A stretch of 64,000 bases of DNA from Planctomycetota bacterium (lineage in GTDB: Bacteria > Planctomycetota > Phycisphaerae > SM23-33): assembly GCA_016235825.1 (NCBI GenBank), contig JACRIL010000102.1, positions 751 through 64,750 on the forward strand, in the 5' to 3' direction. Of the stretch, positions 7,756-17,359 are shown in pieces. Made by a program: the position numbers and the translations under genes. The notes under the pieces were generated by a model. The model was not told the DNA's origin and did not search any database. It saw nothing but the letters and a program-made list of their open reading frames with translations. The stretch's first letter is position 1. Each line of letters starts with the position of its first letter.

Positions 7756-9672
7756 ATGTTCGCCTGGAACACGATAACACAGACATTTCGAGGCTCGCGA
7801 TGGCCGGTCATCGCGATGGATATGCTGGTTCTGTGCCTGAGCCTTGCGGCCGGCGCGGTTCTTGTCCTTTACCACGGCTTTCCCGGCCCCAATCCGCCGG
7901 TGGACCGCGACATGTTGGAATGGGCCGGCGGGATCATCGTGTTTTTCTACGTCGCCGACCGCATGGGCCGGCTGGCGATGGCCAGGCGAAGAAGGGAATA
8001 TTTCCGCGAGAACTGGGCCGATTACGCCCTGATTGCCCTTGCGGCGCTGGTGCTGATGATCGGCTGGCGTTTTTACGGCAACATCATATCGGCCGGCGCG
8101 CTCTACCTTATAATAACCCAGGCCTACATGCTGATCTCACTGATTCTTCAGGCCCTGAGCGTCAACCTTCGCGTCGCCGGCAAGATATCCAGTCCGATTC
8201 TGCTGCTGTTCGCCAGTTTCGCCGCCCTCTGCTTTGCCGGCGCGGGCCTGCTGATGCTTCCGGCCTCCATCGCGGGCAACTACGCGACGTGGCATTTCCC
8301 GGAGGCGCTTTTCACCGCAGTCAGCGCCGCCTGCGTAACCGGCCTGACTGTCACGGAAACCGGCAGCCGGTTCACGCCGTTCGGACAGGCGGTAATACTG
8401 ATACTCATCCAGTTGGGCGGGCTGGGCATAATGCTGTTCGGCACGATACTGGCGATGCTGGCGGGCAAGCGCATGTCGCTTCGCGGGGCCGACAACCTCA
8501 ACCAGATGCTCGGAGCCGAAGGCGTGGGACAGGTCGCGCGGGTGGGCGCGTTCATCATTGGGGTTACGCTGGCCATCGAGGCCGTCGGGGCGGTGCTGAT
8601 GTATCCGATGTTCGCCGCCCCGCAGGGCGCGCCCGGAATGGAACAGACCCCCGGTCCGGCACGGGCCGCCTGGGACAGCATATTCCACAGCGTCTCGGCC
8701 TTCTGCAACGCCGGATTCAGCACTTACGACGACGGCATCATGACCGGGGCCAGGGGCAGCCGCGTCGTCTGGTCGGAGGCCCTGCGGGATCACTGGCAGG
8801 TGCTGGGCGTGCTGGCCCCGCTGATCGTCCTGGGCGGGCTGGGGTTCCCGGTCCTTCAGGACGTCGGCAGATACTTCAAATCGCTCGCGTCCCGCTGTAT
8901 TCACTCGCTGAGGACAAAGACGGTCGGCAACAGCGCCGATCTGAGCCGGCCGGGCCTGTCGCTCCACTCGAACCTGGCGATAATGACCAGCCTGATACTT
9001 ATTGTGCTTGGGGCGGTGGTGTTCATGCTGGTCGAGCCGGGCCGGACCAGGCCGCGAACGTCGGAAGGCAACATGAGGCCCGACCCGCAGACCGCCTGGA
9101 TGCAGATGAGCGGCGGGGAACGGCTTCAGGCCGCGTATTTCCAATCCGTCTCCGCCAGGACCGCCGGTTTCAACACCATCGACTGCTCGGCCCTGTCAAA
9201 CGGCAGCAAGCTGTGGATGTGCTTCCTCATGGTGATCGGGGCCTGTCCGGCCGGCACGGGAGGCGGCATCAAGACCGTAACGTTCGCCATACTGATGCTG
9301 ATGATCTGGTCGGCCCTGAGGGGCAGAAACGAGGTCGAAGCGTACAAGCGGGCGATTCCGCAGGACGCCATCAGGCACGCGACCGTCCTGGGCCTGGTGT
9401 ACCTGCTGACGGCCGGAATTGTAACGATGGTGATGTGCACCATAATGTCAAAGGACAGCCTGATCGATGTTTTGTTCGAGTCGTGCAGCGCGCTGGGCAC
9501 GGTGGGGCTGTCAACCGGGATATCCATGCGGCTGGAGATGGCCGGCGAGTTCGTCCTGACGGCCGCCATGTTCCTCGGACGCATAGGGCCGATGGCCCTG
9601 GTGCTGGCCATTGCCGGACAGGCGGCAAAAGCGAAGTATGAATATCCCTGCCAAAATGTTATCATAGGATGA
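7756..9672 (+). CDS. trkH: TrkH/KtrB-family potassium uptake membrane protein
   Basis: Polytopic membrane protein with repeated selectivity-filter-like motifs (…TAGFNT…, …TGGGIKTVTF…). Confidence 0.8.
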   Translation: MFAWNTITQTFRGSRWPVIAMDMLVLCLSLAAGAVLVLYHGFPGPNPPVDRDMLEWAGGIIVFFYVADRMGRLAMARRRREYFRENWADYALIALAALVLMIGWRFYGNIISAGALYLIITQAYMLISLILQALSVNLRVAGKISSPILLLFASFAALCFAGAGLLMLPASIAGNYATWHFPEALFTAVSAACVTGLTVTETGSRFTPFGQAVILILIQLGGLGIMLFGTILAMLAGKRMSLRGADNLNQMLGAEGVGQVARVGAFIIGVTLAIEAVGAVLMYPMFAAPQGAPGMEQTPGPARAAWDSIFHSVSAFCNAGFSTYDDGIMTGARGSRVVWSEALRDHWQVLGVLAPLIVLGGLGFPVLQDVGRYFKSLASRCIHSLRTKTVGNSADLSRPGLSLHSNLAIMTSLILIVLGAVVFMLVEPGRTRPRTSEGNMRPDPQTAWMQMSGGERLQAAYFQSVSARTAGFNTIDCSALSNGSKLWMCFLMVIGACPAGTGGGIKTVTFAILMLMIWSALRGRNEVEAYKRAIPQDAIRHATVLGLVYLLTAGIVTMVMCTIMSKDSLIDVLFESCSALGTVGLSTGISMRLEMAGEFVLTAAMFLGRIGPMALVLAIAGQAAKAKYEYPCQNVIIG

Positions 9673-9675
9673 ATT

Positions 9676-10362
9676 ATGGAACGATTCGCAGTCATAGGAT
9701 TGGGCAGATTCGGCTCGCGGCTGGCGGAACTTCTTTCCATGGGCGGCGCGGAAGTGCTCGCCGTCGATAAAGAGCGGCCGCTGGTGGAAGAAGTGCGCGA
9801 CCGCGTTACGCTGGCCATCTGCATGGACAGCACCGACGAGGAGGCCATTCGCGCGCAGGGGATCGACAAGGTCGACGCCGCGATAGTCGGCATAGGCGAT
9901 AATTTCGAGGCCGCCGTGCTGACCACGGTTATCCTCAAGCAACTCGAGGTGCCGAGGATCATCGTCCGCGCCACCACCGACGTCCGGGCCGCCATCCTCC
10001 GCCGGATCGGGGCAGACGACATCGTCAATCCCGAGAACGAGTCGGCCGAACGCTGGCAAAGCAAACTGGCCGCCCCGGGCCTCATAGATCGCAGGGAACT
10101 GGCCGAGGGGTTCAGCCAGGTTCAGATCGCCGCGCCGGAAAGCTTCGTCGGCAAAACGCTCGAACAGCTTGAATTGCGCAAGAAATACCGGGTGAACATC
10201 ACAGCCATAAAAAGGCAGACCGAGGAAACCGGGTCCAAAGGCGCAAAAAAGACCAGAGATACCTTCCTATCCGTGCCGATGCCCGACGTCGTGATTCAAT
10301 CAGGCGATGTGCTGTTTATTATGGGCGCCGACGATGCCATCGCCGCACTGCCGGCGGAATAA
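9676..10362 (+). CDS. trkA: TrkA/KtrA potassium uptake regulatory protein (NAD-binding RCK domain)
   Basis: FAVIGLGRFGSRLA Rossmann motif plus C-terminal TrkA-C domain. 4 nt after trkH. Confidence 0.85.
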   Translation: MERFAVIGLGRFGSRLAELLSMGGAEVLAVDKERPLVEEVRDRVTLAICMDSTDEEAIRAQGIDKVDAAIVGIGDNFEAAVLTTVILKQLEVPRIIVRATTDVRAAILRRIGADDIVNPENESAERWQSKLAAPGLIDRRELAEGFSQVQIAAPESFVGKTLEQLELRKKYRVNITAIKRQTEETGSKGAKKTRDTFLSVPMPDVVIQSGDVLFIMGADDAIAALPAE

Positions 10363-10413
10363 AAAAGATTCATCCGACGTTCAAATGTTGCGAGAATTGG
10401 AGGTCACGCTGAT

Positions 10414-11625
10414 ATGCTATACCGCGTGCAACAACCGGGGAAGTCAATGTGGCATATCATTCCAATCCTTTTGAGTTTGGGATATTGTCTTACCGGATGT
10501 ACCGAGCCGGGCGATACTACGCCAAAAATGGACCTTCCGGACACGATCTTGGAGGCATGCCGACAGGAAAATCCTGATTTGCTCAAGCCGTATTTTGTCG
10601 GGCCGGAGGATTATGTTTTTCAAACAGAAGACAGTTGGTATGTCCCGCCGTCGACACCTGCGAATTCTGAGAAGGCGGCAGCGATCTGGACGGATGAGGT
10701 ACGAAAGGCAACCCTGCAATCTTTTAAGAAAGTATGCGACGACCTGAAGGATACCGGGATCGACCTAAAAAACGCCCGGATAACGCAGGCCAAAGTATAC
10801 TCTTCAAATGTATTTAATTTTCTTGCCGACTACAGCAAGGCGTTTCTTATAGGCGATATTTCTTGCGAGTTGGGCAACCCTCCATTCAAACGCTTTGTCG
10901 CGACTTTTGATGATTGGCTTGTAACTGAATTAAAACAGAATGATAAAGCCGCCTCGATATTCTGGATGGTTCGCAAGACGCCGCGCGGCCCCAGGCTTCT
11001 GGGTGGCGTATATCATTATTTCAACGGCCCAATTGATCGAGGCTTCGTTATGGGGACGACGATAGAGGAATATGGGAAAATAGGGTGGTATGGTTTACAG
11101 GAAGATTATCTCGGAATAGCCAGGATGATCGCTCAACGTGGAATTCCGATGGGGTTTTTCAGGATTGTCCAGCAGACCGGAGTGATCGATTGGGCCGAAA
11201 CTGAGCTGTCATATATTGTTTTGGAATTCCCCCAATCTTTACATGATGACCGCATCGACTCAATCTGGATTGAGGCAGGATACGTTGATGGCCGGATCGA
11301 ATTGACGGAAACGGGGCCGGGTACCCTTGTCTTCCAGGGAAGCCAAATGTTGCTGGATCTGGATATGGAATTCAAAGTGTCCATTACGCTCGATATAAAA
11401 AAAGAAGATGCCGAGAAGCCGCTGAATCAATTCTCGTCTATTCAGGCAAAAGACCGTTACAACCTCCGCAACTTCAAAAAGATATGCGATTCGCCGTTAA
11501 AATTCCGATCCCCTTCAAGAGAGTATATAAGTTATGGCAAGAAGGGAGGAATCATTTTTATCGACGAAAAAGCTTATAGCGTGGAGCTGGATGGCATGAT
11601 TTACAAGCGGGAAGACAAAGAATGA
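10414..11625 (+). CDS. hypothetical lipoprotein (low-GC island)
   Basis: Signal peptide with lipobox (…LSLGYCLTGC). Markedly lower GC than flanking DNA. No recognisable domain. Confidence 0.6.
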   Translation: MLYRVQQPGKSMWHIIPILLSLGYCLTGCTEPGDTTPKMDLPDTILEACRQENPDLLKPYFVGPEDYVFQTEDSWYVPPSTPANSEKAAAIWTDEVRKATLQSFKKVCDDLKDTGIDLKNARITQAKVYSSNVFNFLADYSKAFLIGDISCELGNPPFKRFVATFDDWLVTELKQNDKAASIFWMVRKTPRGPRLLGGVYHYFNGPIDRGFVMGTTIEEYGKIGWYGLQEDYLGIARMIAQRGIPMGFFRIVQQTGVIDWAETELSYIVLEFPQSLHDDRIDSIWIEAGYVDGRIELTETGPGTLVFQGSQMLLDLDMEFKVSITLDIKKEDAEKPLNQFSSIQAKDRYNLRNFKKICDSPLKFRSPSREYISYGKKGGIIFIDEKAYSVELDGMIYKREDKE

Positions 11626-11777
11626 GCTTTGCGGTTCTCGCCTAAAAAATATTTGATTGGGTATAGATCAGATTCTACAGGGCGTTTGAAAGTAGCACGG
11701 CCCCTGAGCGAAGCAGAACGGGGGAATGGTTGCACCAGGTTCTGAGTTCTTTGCGGATTCAGCGTAACCATGTTTAA

Positions 11778-11925
11778 GGCCCGCAGGGCCGGCAGATAGT
11801 AGCCCCGGGTGCAGCGAGTCCGCCGTCAGGCGGACGAAGCGCAACCCGGGGTATGATGGCCATTAAATGGATGCCTGAATATTCGCTCGCGACACGGCAG
11901 AAGAACCTGTATCAAGAAACACCCA
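11778..11925. repeat. dispersed structured repeat, family B (GGCCCGCAGGGCCGG + AGATAGTAGCC + CCCGGG…hairpin…CCCGGGG + conserved tail)
   Basis: About 150 bp homologous to 27913..28063 over its whole length. Immediately downstream of the family C copy at 11681..11765. Confidence 0.7.
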
Positions 11926-12273
11926 GCCAATGATTTTGGTCGGGGCATTTACCCATTAGGGTGGTAAACCATACTCGGTCAAGACTTGTCCGGCGAAGTC
12001 AGGTTAAGGTGTTATTTTTCTCTACAATCGACTAATTTTTCATCGAAAGATATTGGCCTGTGCGTTCCGGGATTTGGGATCATCTGCCGTGGCGTGATCG
12101 CACCTTTTGAAATGCTCTGAACGGCGACTATTCCCCGGGTTCCGCTGGGGCAACTGACCTGGCCGCCGCATCGCCATATCGGATGCCTCCGGGATGATTC
12201 GATCTTGCCAAGAGGGAAAAATGCGGGTAAAGACAATAGTTGAGCGGTTTTTCCGCATGACTGGAGCATACAG

Positions 12274-12636
12274 ATGCCGAAGATCGAGACATTCTCCAAC
12301 CCGCGTCCCCAAAGGGACTACATTATCAGGCACGTGGCGCCCGAGTTCACGTCGGTCTGCCCCAAGACCGGCCAGCCGGATTTCGGCACGATCGAGATCG
12401 AATACGTGGCCGGCCGGCTCTGCATGGAACTCAAGAGCCTCAAGTTGTACCTTCAGGGCTACCGCGGCGTCGGGGCTTTTTACGAGGACGTGGTCAACCG
12501 CATACTCGACGATCTTGCGGCGGCGTGCCGCCCGCGGTGGATGACCGTGATAGGCAAATTCGCGCCGCGGGGCGGGATGCACTCGATCATAACGGCCTCG
12601 TACTCGCCTGCCCGCCGGGCCAGGTCAAGGAAATAG
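12274..12636 (+). CDS. queF: NADPH-dependent 7-cyano-7-deazaguanine reductase (type I)
   Basis: [22 protein letters not shown]…E…LKLYL QueF signature, including the catalytic Cys. Confidence 0.9.
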   Translation: MPKIETFSNPRPQRDYIIRHVAPEFTSVCPKTGQPDFGTIEIEYVAGRLCMELKSLKLYLQGYRGVGAFYEDVVNRILDDLAAACRPRWMTVIGKFAPRGGMHSIITASYSPARRARSRK

Positions 12637-12639
12637 GCC

Positions 12640-13782
12640 GTGCCGGTCCGACAAAGGCATCTGGTCCGTCTGCTCCTGCTGCCGGCGGCGTGTTTGATGG
12701 CCGGCGCCATCTTCAATCTCAACTGCCGGAAATCCGCCAGCAATGAAGTTCCGTCCAAAACCGCCGATTCCGCCGCCGCGACCAGACCTGACGGCGAACC
12801 GGTCCGCCTGTCCGCCCTGATCGAGCGGGTCATGGGATGCGACTGCCGGCTGACCGTGTATCTGCCGGCGGGCCAGGAAGGCCGGTTCGACGGGCTGGTT
12901 TCCGACGCGGCCGGGCAGTTGCAGAAGCTCGAGGGCCTGATGAGCATCTATCGCCCGCAGTCGGAGATTTCGGTCTTTAACGCGGCCCCCGCCGGCCGCG
13001 AGACGCCCTTTTCCGAGCCTGTCATGGCGATCATGCTCGCCAGCCGGAAATTCCACGAACAATCCGGCGGCACGTTCGACGTAACGTGCCTGCCGATCAT
13101 CGCCGCATGGCGCCAGGCCGGCAAGGCGGGCCAACTGCCCGACCGCGGCAAACTCGACGGCGCCGTCGCGCTGGCCGGCTGGAAAAAGATCACGCTCACC
13201 GAGCGCGGGGCGGTCAAGCTCGACGACCGGGCCGGCGTGGACCTGGGCGGGATAGCCAAAGGCTACGCGGTGGATCGCCTTGCCGAGTCGCTGATAAAGG
13301 CCGGCGTGCCGGCGGGCATGGTCGATCTGGGCGGCAGCAGCATACGATGTTTCGGCCGGCGGAGCGACGGCGCAAAATGGCGGATCGGGGTGCGAAATCC
13401 GTTCAATCCGCGCGGCGAACTGATGGGCGTGCTGGAAATTCAGGAAGGTTCGCTGAGCGTCAGCGGGAATTACGAGAAATTCATCGAGATCGCCGGCAAA
13501 CGGTACAGCCACATCGTCGATCCGCGAACGGGCGAAACTGCCGACAGGACGCCAAGCGCCGTCGTCGTCGCGCCCGACGCCATGACGGCCGAGGCCTGGT
13601 CCAAGCCGCTGAGCATTTTGGGCAAGGAAGGTTTCAAACTCATCCCGGCCGGCAGCGGCATCGAGGCGATGATCGTCGTCGGCGGGCCGGACAAACACGA
13701 AATCCTGTCAACGCCCGGCTTTGACCGGTTCATGTCCGTTGCGACCCGGCCGGAGACCGCCCCGGCCTCCCCGGAAAAATAA
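12640..13782 (+). CDS. apbE: FAD:protein FMN transferase
   Basis: GTG start. Signal/lipoprotein-like N-terminus. …GGIAKGYAVD…SGNYEKF…SHIVDPRTG… ApbE motifs. Confidence 0.85.
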   Translation: MPVRQRHLVRLLLLPAACLMAGAIFNLNCRKSASNEVPSKTADSAAATRPDGEPVRLSALIERVMGCDCRLTVYLPAGQEGRFDGLVSDAAGQLQKLEGLMSIYRPQSEISVFNAAPAGRETPFSEPVMAIMLASRKFHEQSGGTFDVTCLPIIAAWRQAGKAGQLPDRGKLDGAVALAGWKKITLTERGAVKLDDRAGVDLGGIAKGYAVDRLAESLIKAGVPAGMVDLGGSSIRCFGRRSDGAKWRIGVRNPFNPRGELMGVLEIQEGSLSVSGNYEKFIEIAGKRYSHIVDPRTGETADRTPSAVVVAPDAMTAEAWSKPLSILGKEGFKLIPAGSGIEAMIVVGGPDKHEILSTPGFDRFMSVATRPETAPASPEK

Positions 13783-13835
13783 GCCCGGACAGGGCGGCAC
13801 ATTTTACAACCCGTCGAAAAAATTCTTCGTCCCTC

Positions 13836-13864
13836 TTGGCAGGCGGCCGGCTGCGGCGTAGAAT
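13836..13864 (+). promoter_or_regulatory. sigma70-like promoter (TTGGCA-17-TAGAAT)
   Basis: TTGGCA at 13836..13841, 17-nt spacer, TAGAAT at 13859..13864. Same -10 hexamer as the hisI promoter. Confidence 0.4.
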
Positions 13865-13870
13865 ACAATA

Positions 13871-14088
13871 CGCTTCAGGGTTTCTGCCGTGTCCGACAGG
13901 CGGTTAGATTGAAAGGCCGATACGCCCGTTTCGGGAGGCAAGCGCGTGTTGCTCCGGCGACAGCCAGCCGCCCACTTGAAATAACGGGTCTTTCAAGCAG
14001 CCGCCACCGGCACAAAGGCGGACGCCCGGGCAATTTGGACGATGCACCTCTGTGCATCAGCCCACGGCTTGCCGTGGGCTTTTTTTTC
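13871..14088 (+). ncRNA. candidate small RNA (promoter-to-terminator transcription unit, identity unknown)
   Basis: Lies between the predicted promoter (13836..13864) and a strong intrinsic terminator. Contains several stable hairpins and no ORF with an RBS. Not matched by recall to RNase P, SRP, tmRNA or 6S consensus. Confidence 0.3.
14059..14087 (+). terminator. Rho-independent terminator
   Basis: AGCCCACGGCTTGCCGTGGGCT hairpin followed by TTTTTTT. Confidence 0.7.
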
Positions 14089-14190
14089 GCCTGGCTGTCG
14101 GAAACGGCAAACTCATTTGTGCGAAAACAGTTCTTGTGTTGCGGCCGGGGCGGGCTGTGGATATCATTCCCCGCCAAAGGGACATGAAAA

Positions 14191-15304
14191 ATGGCAGAAG
14201 CGTCGGCAGTCAAACAGGACATCGAAAACCTCAGCGCCCGGATCATCGCGACCCGGGACTCTCTTTGACCTGCCCGGCAAGCAAAAACGCCTGGGGGCCC
14301 TGGAAGAGCAGATGTCCGGGGCGAATTTCTGGTCGAACCAGGAATCGGCCCAGAAGGTCGTGGCGGAACTCAAGGCTCTCAAGGGCGTTCTGAGTCCGAT
14401 AGCCGACCTGACCCGCCGCATGGACGACCTGAAGGTTCTGCACGAGCTGGCCGTCGAGGCCGCCAGCGACCAGGACCTGCAGGACGCCGCTCGCGAGGCC
14501 GGTGAACTGGCGGCCGAACTCGACCGCATCGAACTGAAAACCATGCTCTCCGGGCCGCACGACGCCGGCGGATGCTTTTTCTCCATCCACGCCGGGGCTG
14601 GCGGGACCGAAAGCTGCGACTGGGCCTCGATGCTCTTTCGGATGTACCTGCGATTCTTCGAGCGGGCGGGCTTTTCCGTCGAGGAGGTGGACCGCGTCGA
14701 CGGCGAGGAGGCCGGCATCCGCTCGACAACCCTCCGCGTAACCGGCCCATATGCTTATGGATATCTTTCATGCGAGCGCGGCGTGCACCGGCTGGTCCGC
14801 ATCAGCCCCTTTAATGCGCAGGGCAAGAGGCAGACCAGTTTCGCATCGGTCGACGTGCTGCCGGAACTGGCCGATGTGGAAATCCAGATCGACTGGCAAA
14901 ATGATGTGCGCGAGGACACCTACTGCGCCAGCGGGGCCGGCGGCCAGCACGTCAACAAAACGGCCAGCGCCGTGCGGCTGGTGCACACCCCGACGGGCAT
15001 CGTCGCGGCCTGCCAGAACGAGCGGAGCCAGCACAAGAACCGCGCCACCGCCCGCAGCATGCTGATGGCCAAGCTCTTCCAGCGCGAACAGGCCAAACGC
15101 GACGCCGATCTGGCCAAACTCTACGGAGACAAGGGCGAGATCGCCTTCGGCTACCAGATCCGGTCATATGTGCTGTACCCATACCAGCTCGTCCGCGACG
15201 AGCGTACCGATCTGAAAAGCCCACGAACCGACAAGATACTCGACGGCGACATCCAGGAATTCATCGACGCCTACCTGCGCCACCGCCTGACGGCCAAAAA
15301 ATAA
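14191..15304 (+). CDS. prfB: peptide chain release factor 2, with programmed +1 ribosomal frameshift
   Basis: Frame-0 ORF MAEASAVKQDIENLSARIIATRDSL ends at in-frame TGA (14266..14268) within CTT TGA C. The +1 frame continues DLPGKQKRLGALEEQ… through the SPF/GGQ release-factor domains to 15304. Classic prfB autoregulatory site. Confidence 0.9.
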
Positions 15305-15319
15305 TTCCTCATCGAAGCA

Positions 15320-15495
15320 GCTTCACAGTCGGTGGCACCCTCAAGCGAAACGAAGTGAAGCTTGGGGGTGGAGTTTTTGAAGGCATCAATAAAAATAACC
15401 AGCACCCCCAAACTCCGCTTCCGGCTTTGCCCCTGCTTCGCTGAAGCTTCGCAGGGCTGCGCCGGACAAGCCGCTTCGTTTGAGGGTGCCACCGG
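15320..15495. mobile_element. MITE-like element with ~25-bp terminal inverted repeats (GGTGGCACCCTCAAGCGAAACGAAG…CTTCGTTTGAGGGTGCCACC)
   Basis: Perfect TIRs seen directly. A second copy in opposite orientation at 28115..28262 matches along its whole ~150 bp. No coding capacity. Confidence 0.65.
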
Positions 15496-15535
15496 ATTTG
15501 CGGGCATTGGAAAATTATCTATCGACGGGAGCGTC

Positions 15536-16573
15536 TCATGGATACAGGACGGCCTTGATTGCCTGGCGGGTTTCGAGTGCGTCGAAGGCCTTGTCCCACT
15601 GGGCAAGGGGCAGCCGGTGCGTGATGATCTTTTCCAGGCCCGCGTGCTGGCGCTGCAGTATCTTAAGAGTCCTCAGCCAGGACGAGCGGCTGGAGGTGCA
15701 GGAAAAGATTATTCGCAGCGCGCTGAGCACGCCGGTGTTGAAGTCAAACGGGATGGTCCGGCCGGGCGCGATCCCCAACGCCACGAATCTGCCGTCCTTG
15801 CGGAGCAGGCTTAGCCCCTTGTTTATCGCATCGGGCGAGCCGGAGCAGTCCACCACGCAGTCAGCCTTTCGTCGACCGGCAATGCGCTCCAGCGCCGCCG
15901 ACAGGTCGTCCTCCGGCGTCGCCACGGCTGACGCGCCCAGTTCCGCGGCCAGGTCCAGCCTCCGCCTTCCCCTGCCGGTCGGGGCCACGCACAGAATGTT
16001 CTTCACGCCGGAATCCTTCATCGCAACCAGCGTGAGCAGACCGATGGATCCCATGCCAAACACGACGACGGCGTCATCTGGCGCGATTGCGCCGCGTTCC
16101 AGGCATCCGTAAACGCAGACCGCGATCGGCTCTGCCAGCGCGGCAACTTCAAGACTCACGCCGTCGGGTATTTTGTGAAGCAGGTCGGATGCGACAACAA
16201 TTGACTCGGCATAGACGCCTTGCGAGGCCCATCCCGGCGGCCGCTTGGATGGGCAAAATTCATAATGACCGCTGCGGCACATCTCGCACCGGCCGCACTT
16301 TCCGACGGCCAGCTCGCACACCACGCGATCTCCGCGCGCAAACCCCTGAACGGCCCGACCAACTTCCTCAACGACGCCGCTGAATTCGTGCCCGACCACG
16401 TTCCCGTCGGGCATCTGCATCGCCCCGTGCAGGACGTGCACGTCGGAGGCGCATACGCCGACCGCCGTTATCCGGATCTTGACGTCACCAGGATTTTGCA
16501 GTTGAGGTTCCGCGAAATCTTCCAACCGGAAAAAGGCCTTGCCGTCTCGCGTGTGTTTTACGACCGCCTTCAC
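15536..16573 (-). CDS. zinc-dependent alcohol dehydrogenase family (threonine/sorbitol dehydrogenase-like, MDR)
   Basis: GHEFSGVVEEVG…C…GxCxxC structural-zinc motif and Rossmann VVFGMGSIG. GTG start MKAVVKH with a GAGGAG RBS. 4-nt overlap with the upstream SDR gene. Confidence 0.8.
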   Translation of the reverse strand: MKAVVKHTRDGKAFFRLEDFAEPQLQNPGDVKIRITAVGVCASDVHVLHGAMQMPDGNVVGHEFSGVVEEVGRAVQGFARGDRVVCELAVGKCGRCEMCRSGHYEFCPSKRPPGWASQGVYAESIVVASDLLHKIPDGVSLEVAALAEPIAVCVYGCLERGAIAPDDAVVVFGMGSIGLLTLVAMKDSGVKNILCVAPTGRGRRRLDLAAELGASAVATPEDDLSAALERIAGRRKADCVVDCSGSPDAINKGLSLLRKDGRFVALGIAPGRTIPFDFNTGVLSALRIIFSCTSSRSSWLRTLKILQRQHAGLEKIITHRLPLAQWDKAFDALETRQAIKAVLYP

Positions 16574-17286
16574 CGCCACTCCTCGAACATGGCGGGCATC
16601 GCCAGCAGTTGAACGTGGCCATTGGGCGGGGCGGCCAGCATGAACAGCACGGCCCTGGCCACGTCGCGCGGGTCCAGCATCTCGTCGATATTCGGCGAGC
16701 CGGCCGCTTCGTGCAGCGGCGTCCTCGTCGAGCCGGGACACAGGCAGCCGACCCGGATGCCGTGCGGCTTTAGTTCCAGGTGCAGGTTCCGCGACAGGCC
16801 GACGATCGCCCACTTGCTGGAGGCGTAGGCCGAGGCGTCGGGCATGCCCGACTTGAGGGCCGACATAGACGCCACGTTCACGATAATTCCGGCCTTGCGC
16901 TCGATCATATGGCGAGCGACCGCCTGGATCGCCAGGAAAGTGCCCTTCACGTTGACATCGTAGATCAGGTCCCAGAATTCCTCGCTCATGGCCATCAGAC
17001 CGCACCAGCGCGACGCGCCCGCGCAATTCACCAGACCGTCAATCTTTCCTGCCCGGCGGGCAAAGGCGTCCGCCGCCTCCCGGACGGCCCGGCCGTCGCG
17101 GATATCGCCGCAATAGCAGAAAAAGCCCGGCCCCATCCGGTCGAGCTGCCCGCGATCATTGGAAAACACGCCGACCGTCGCGCCGCACTCGCGGAGCATC
17201 GTGCTGACGGCCAGGCCGATGCCGCTGCTGCCGCCGGTTACCAGCACAGCCTTGCCTGCAAGTTTTTCTTTGAACATGCGAGTCAA
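16570..17286 (-). CDS. SDR-family oxidoreductase
   Basis: VLVTGGSSGIGLA…NCAG…YASSKWA classic short-chain dehydrogenase motifs. Confidence 0.85.
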   Translation of the reverse strand: MTRMFKEKLAGKAVLVTGGSSGIGLAVSTMLRECGATVGVFSNDRGQLDRMGPGFFCYCGDIRDGRAVREAADAFARRAGKIDGLVNCAGASRWCGLMAMSEEFWDLIYDVNVKGTFLAIQAVARHMIERKAGIIVNVASMSALKSGMPDASAYASSKWAIVGLSRNLHLELKPHGIRVGCLCPGSTRTPLHEAAGSPNIDEMLDPRDVARAVLFMLAAPPNGHVQLLAMPAMFEEWR

Positions 17287-17359
17287 CCTTTTTTATTTTT
17301 CAATCTTCATCCAAAAACGCGGTTGAATATTGTTCAGATTTCGTGGTGGACAAGTCCAT

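Noticed and set aside
12180-12273. Possible preQ1 riboswitch in the queF leader (hairpin ATGCGG…CCGCAT followed by GGAG RBS)
   Set aside because: I could not find the preQ1-I P1 stem plus A-rich CUA tail, or a preQ1-II/III arrangement. The hairpin may just be an attenuator or mRNA-stabilising structure. Needs a covariance-model scan.
14042-14190. N-terminal 50-codon extension of the prfB ORF as given in the ORF track
   Set aside because: The extension runs through the predicted sRNA terminator and has no RBS. The true prfB start is the frame-0 ATG at 14191, which feeds the +1 frameshift.
16087-16612. Short plus-strand ORFs inside the alcohol dehydrogenase gene
   Set aside because: They are antisense to a gene with clear zinc-ADH motifs and have no independent support.
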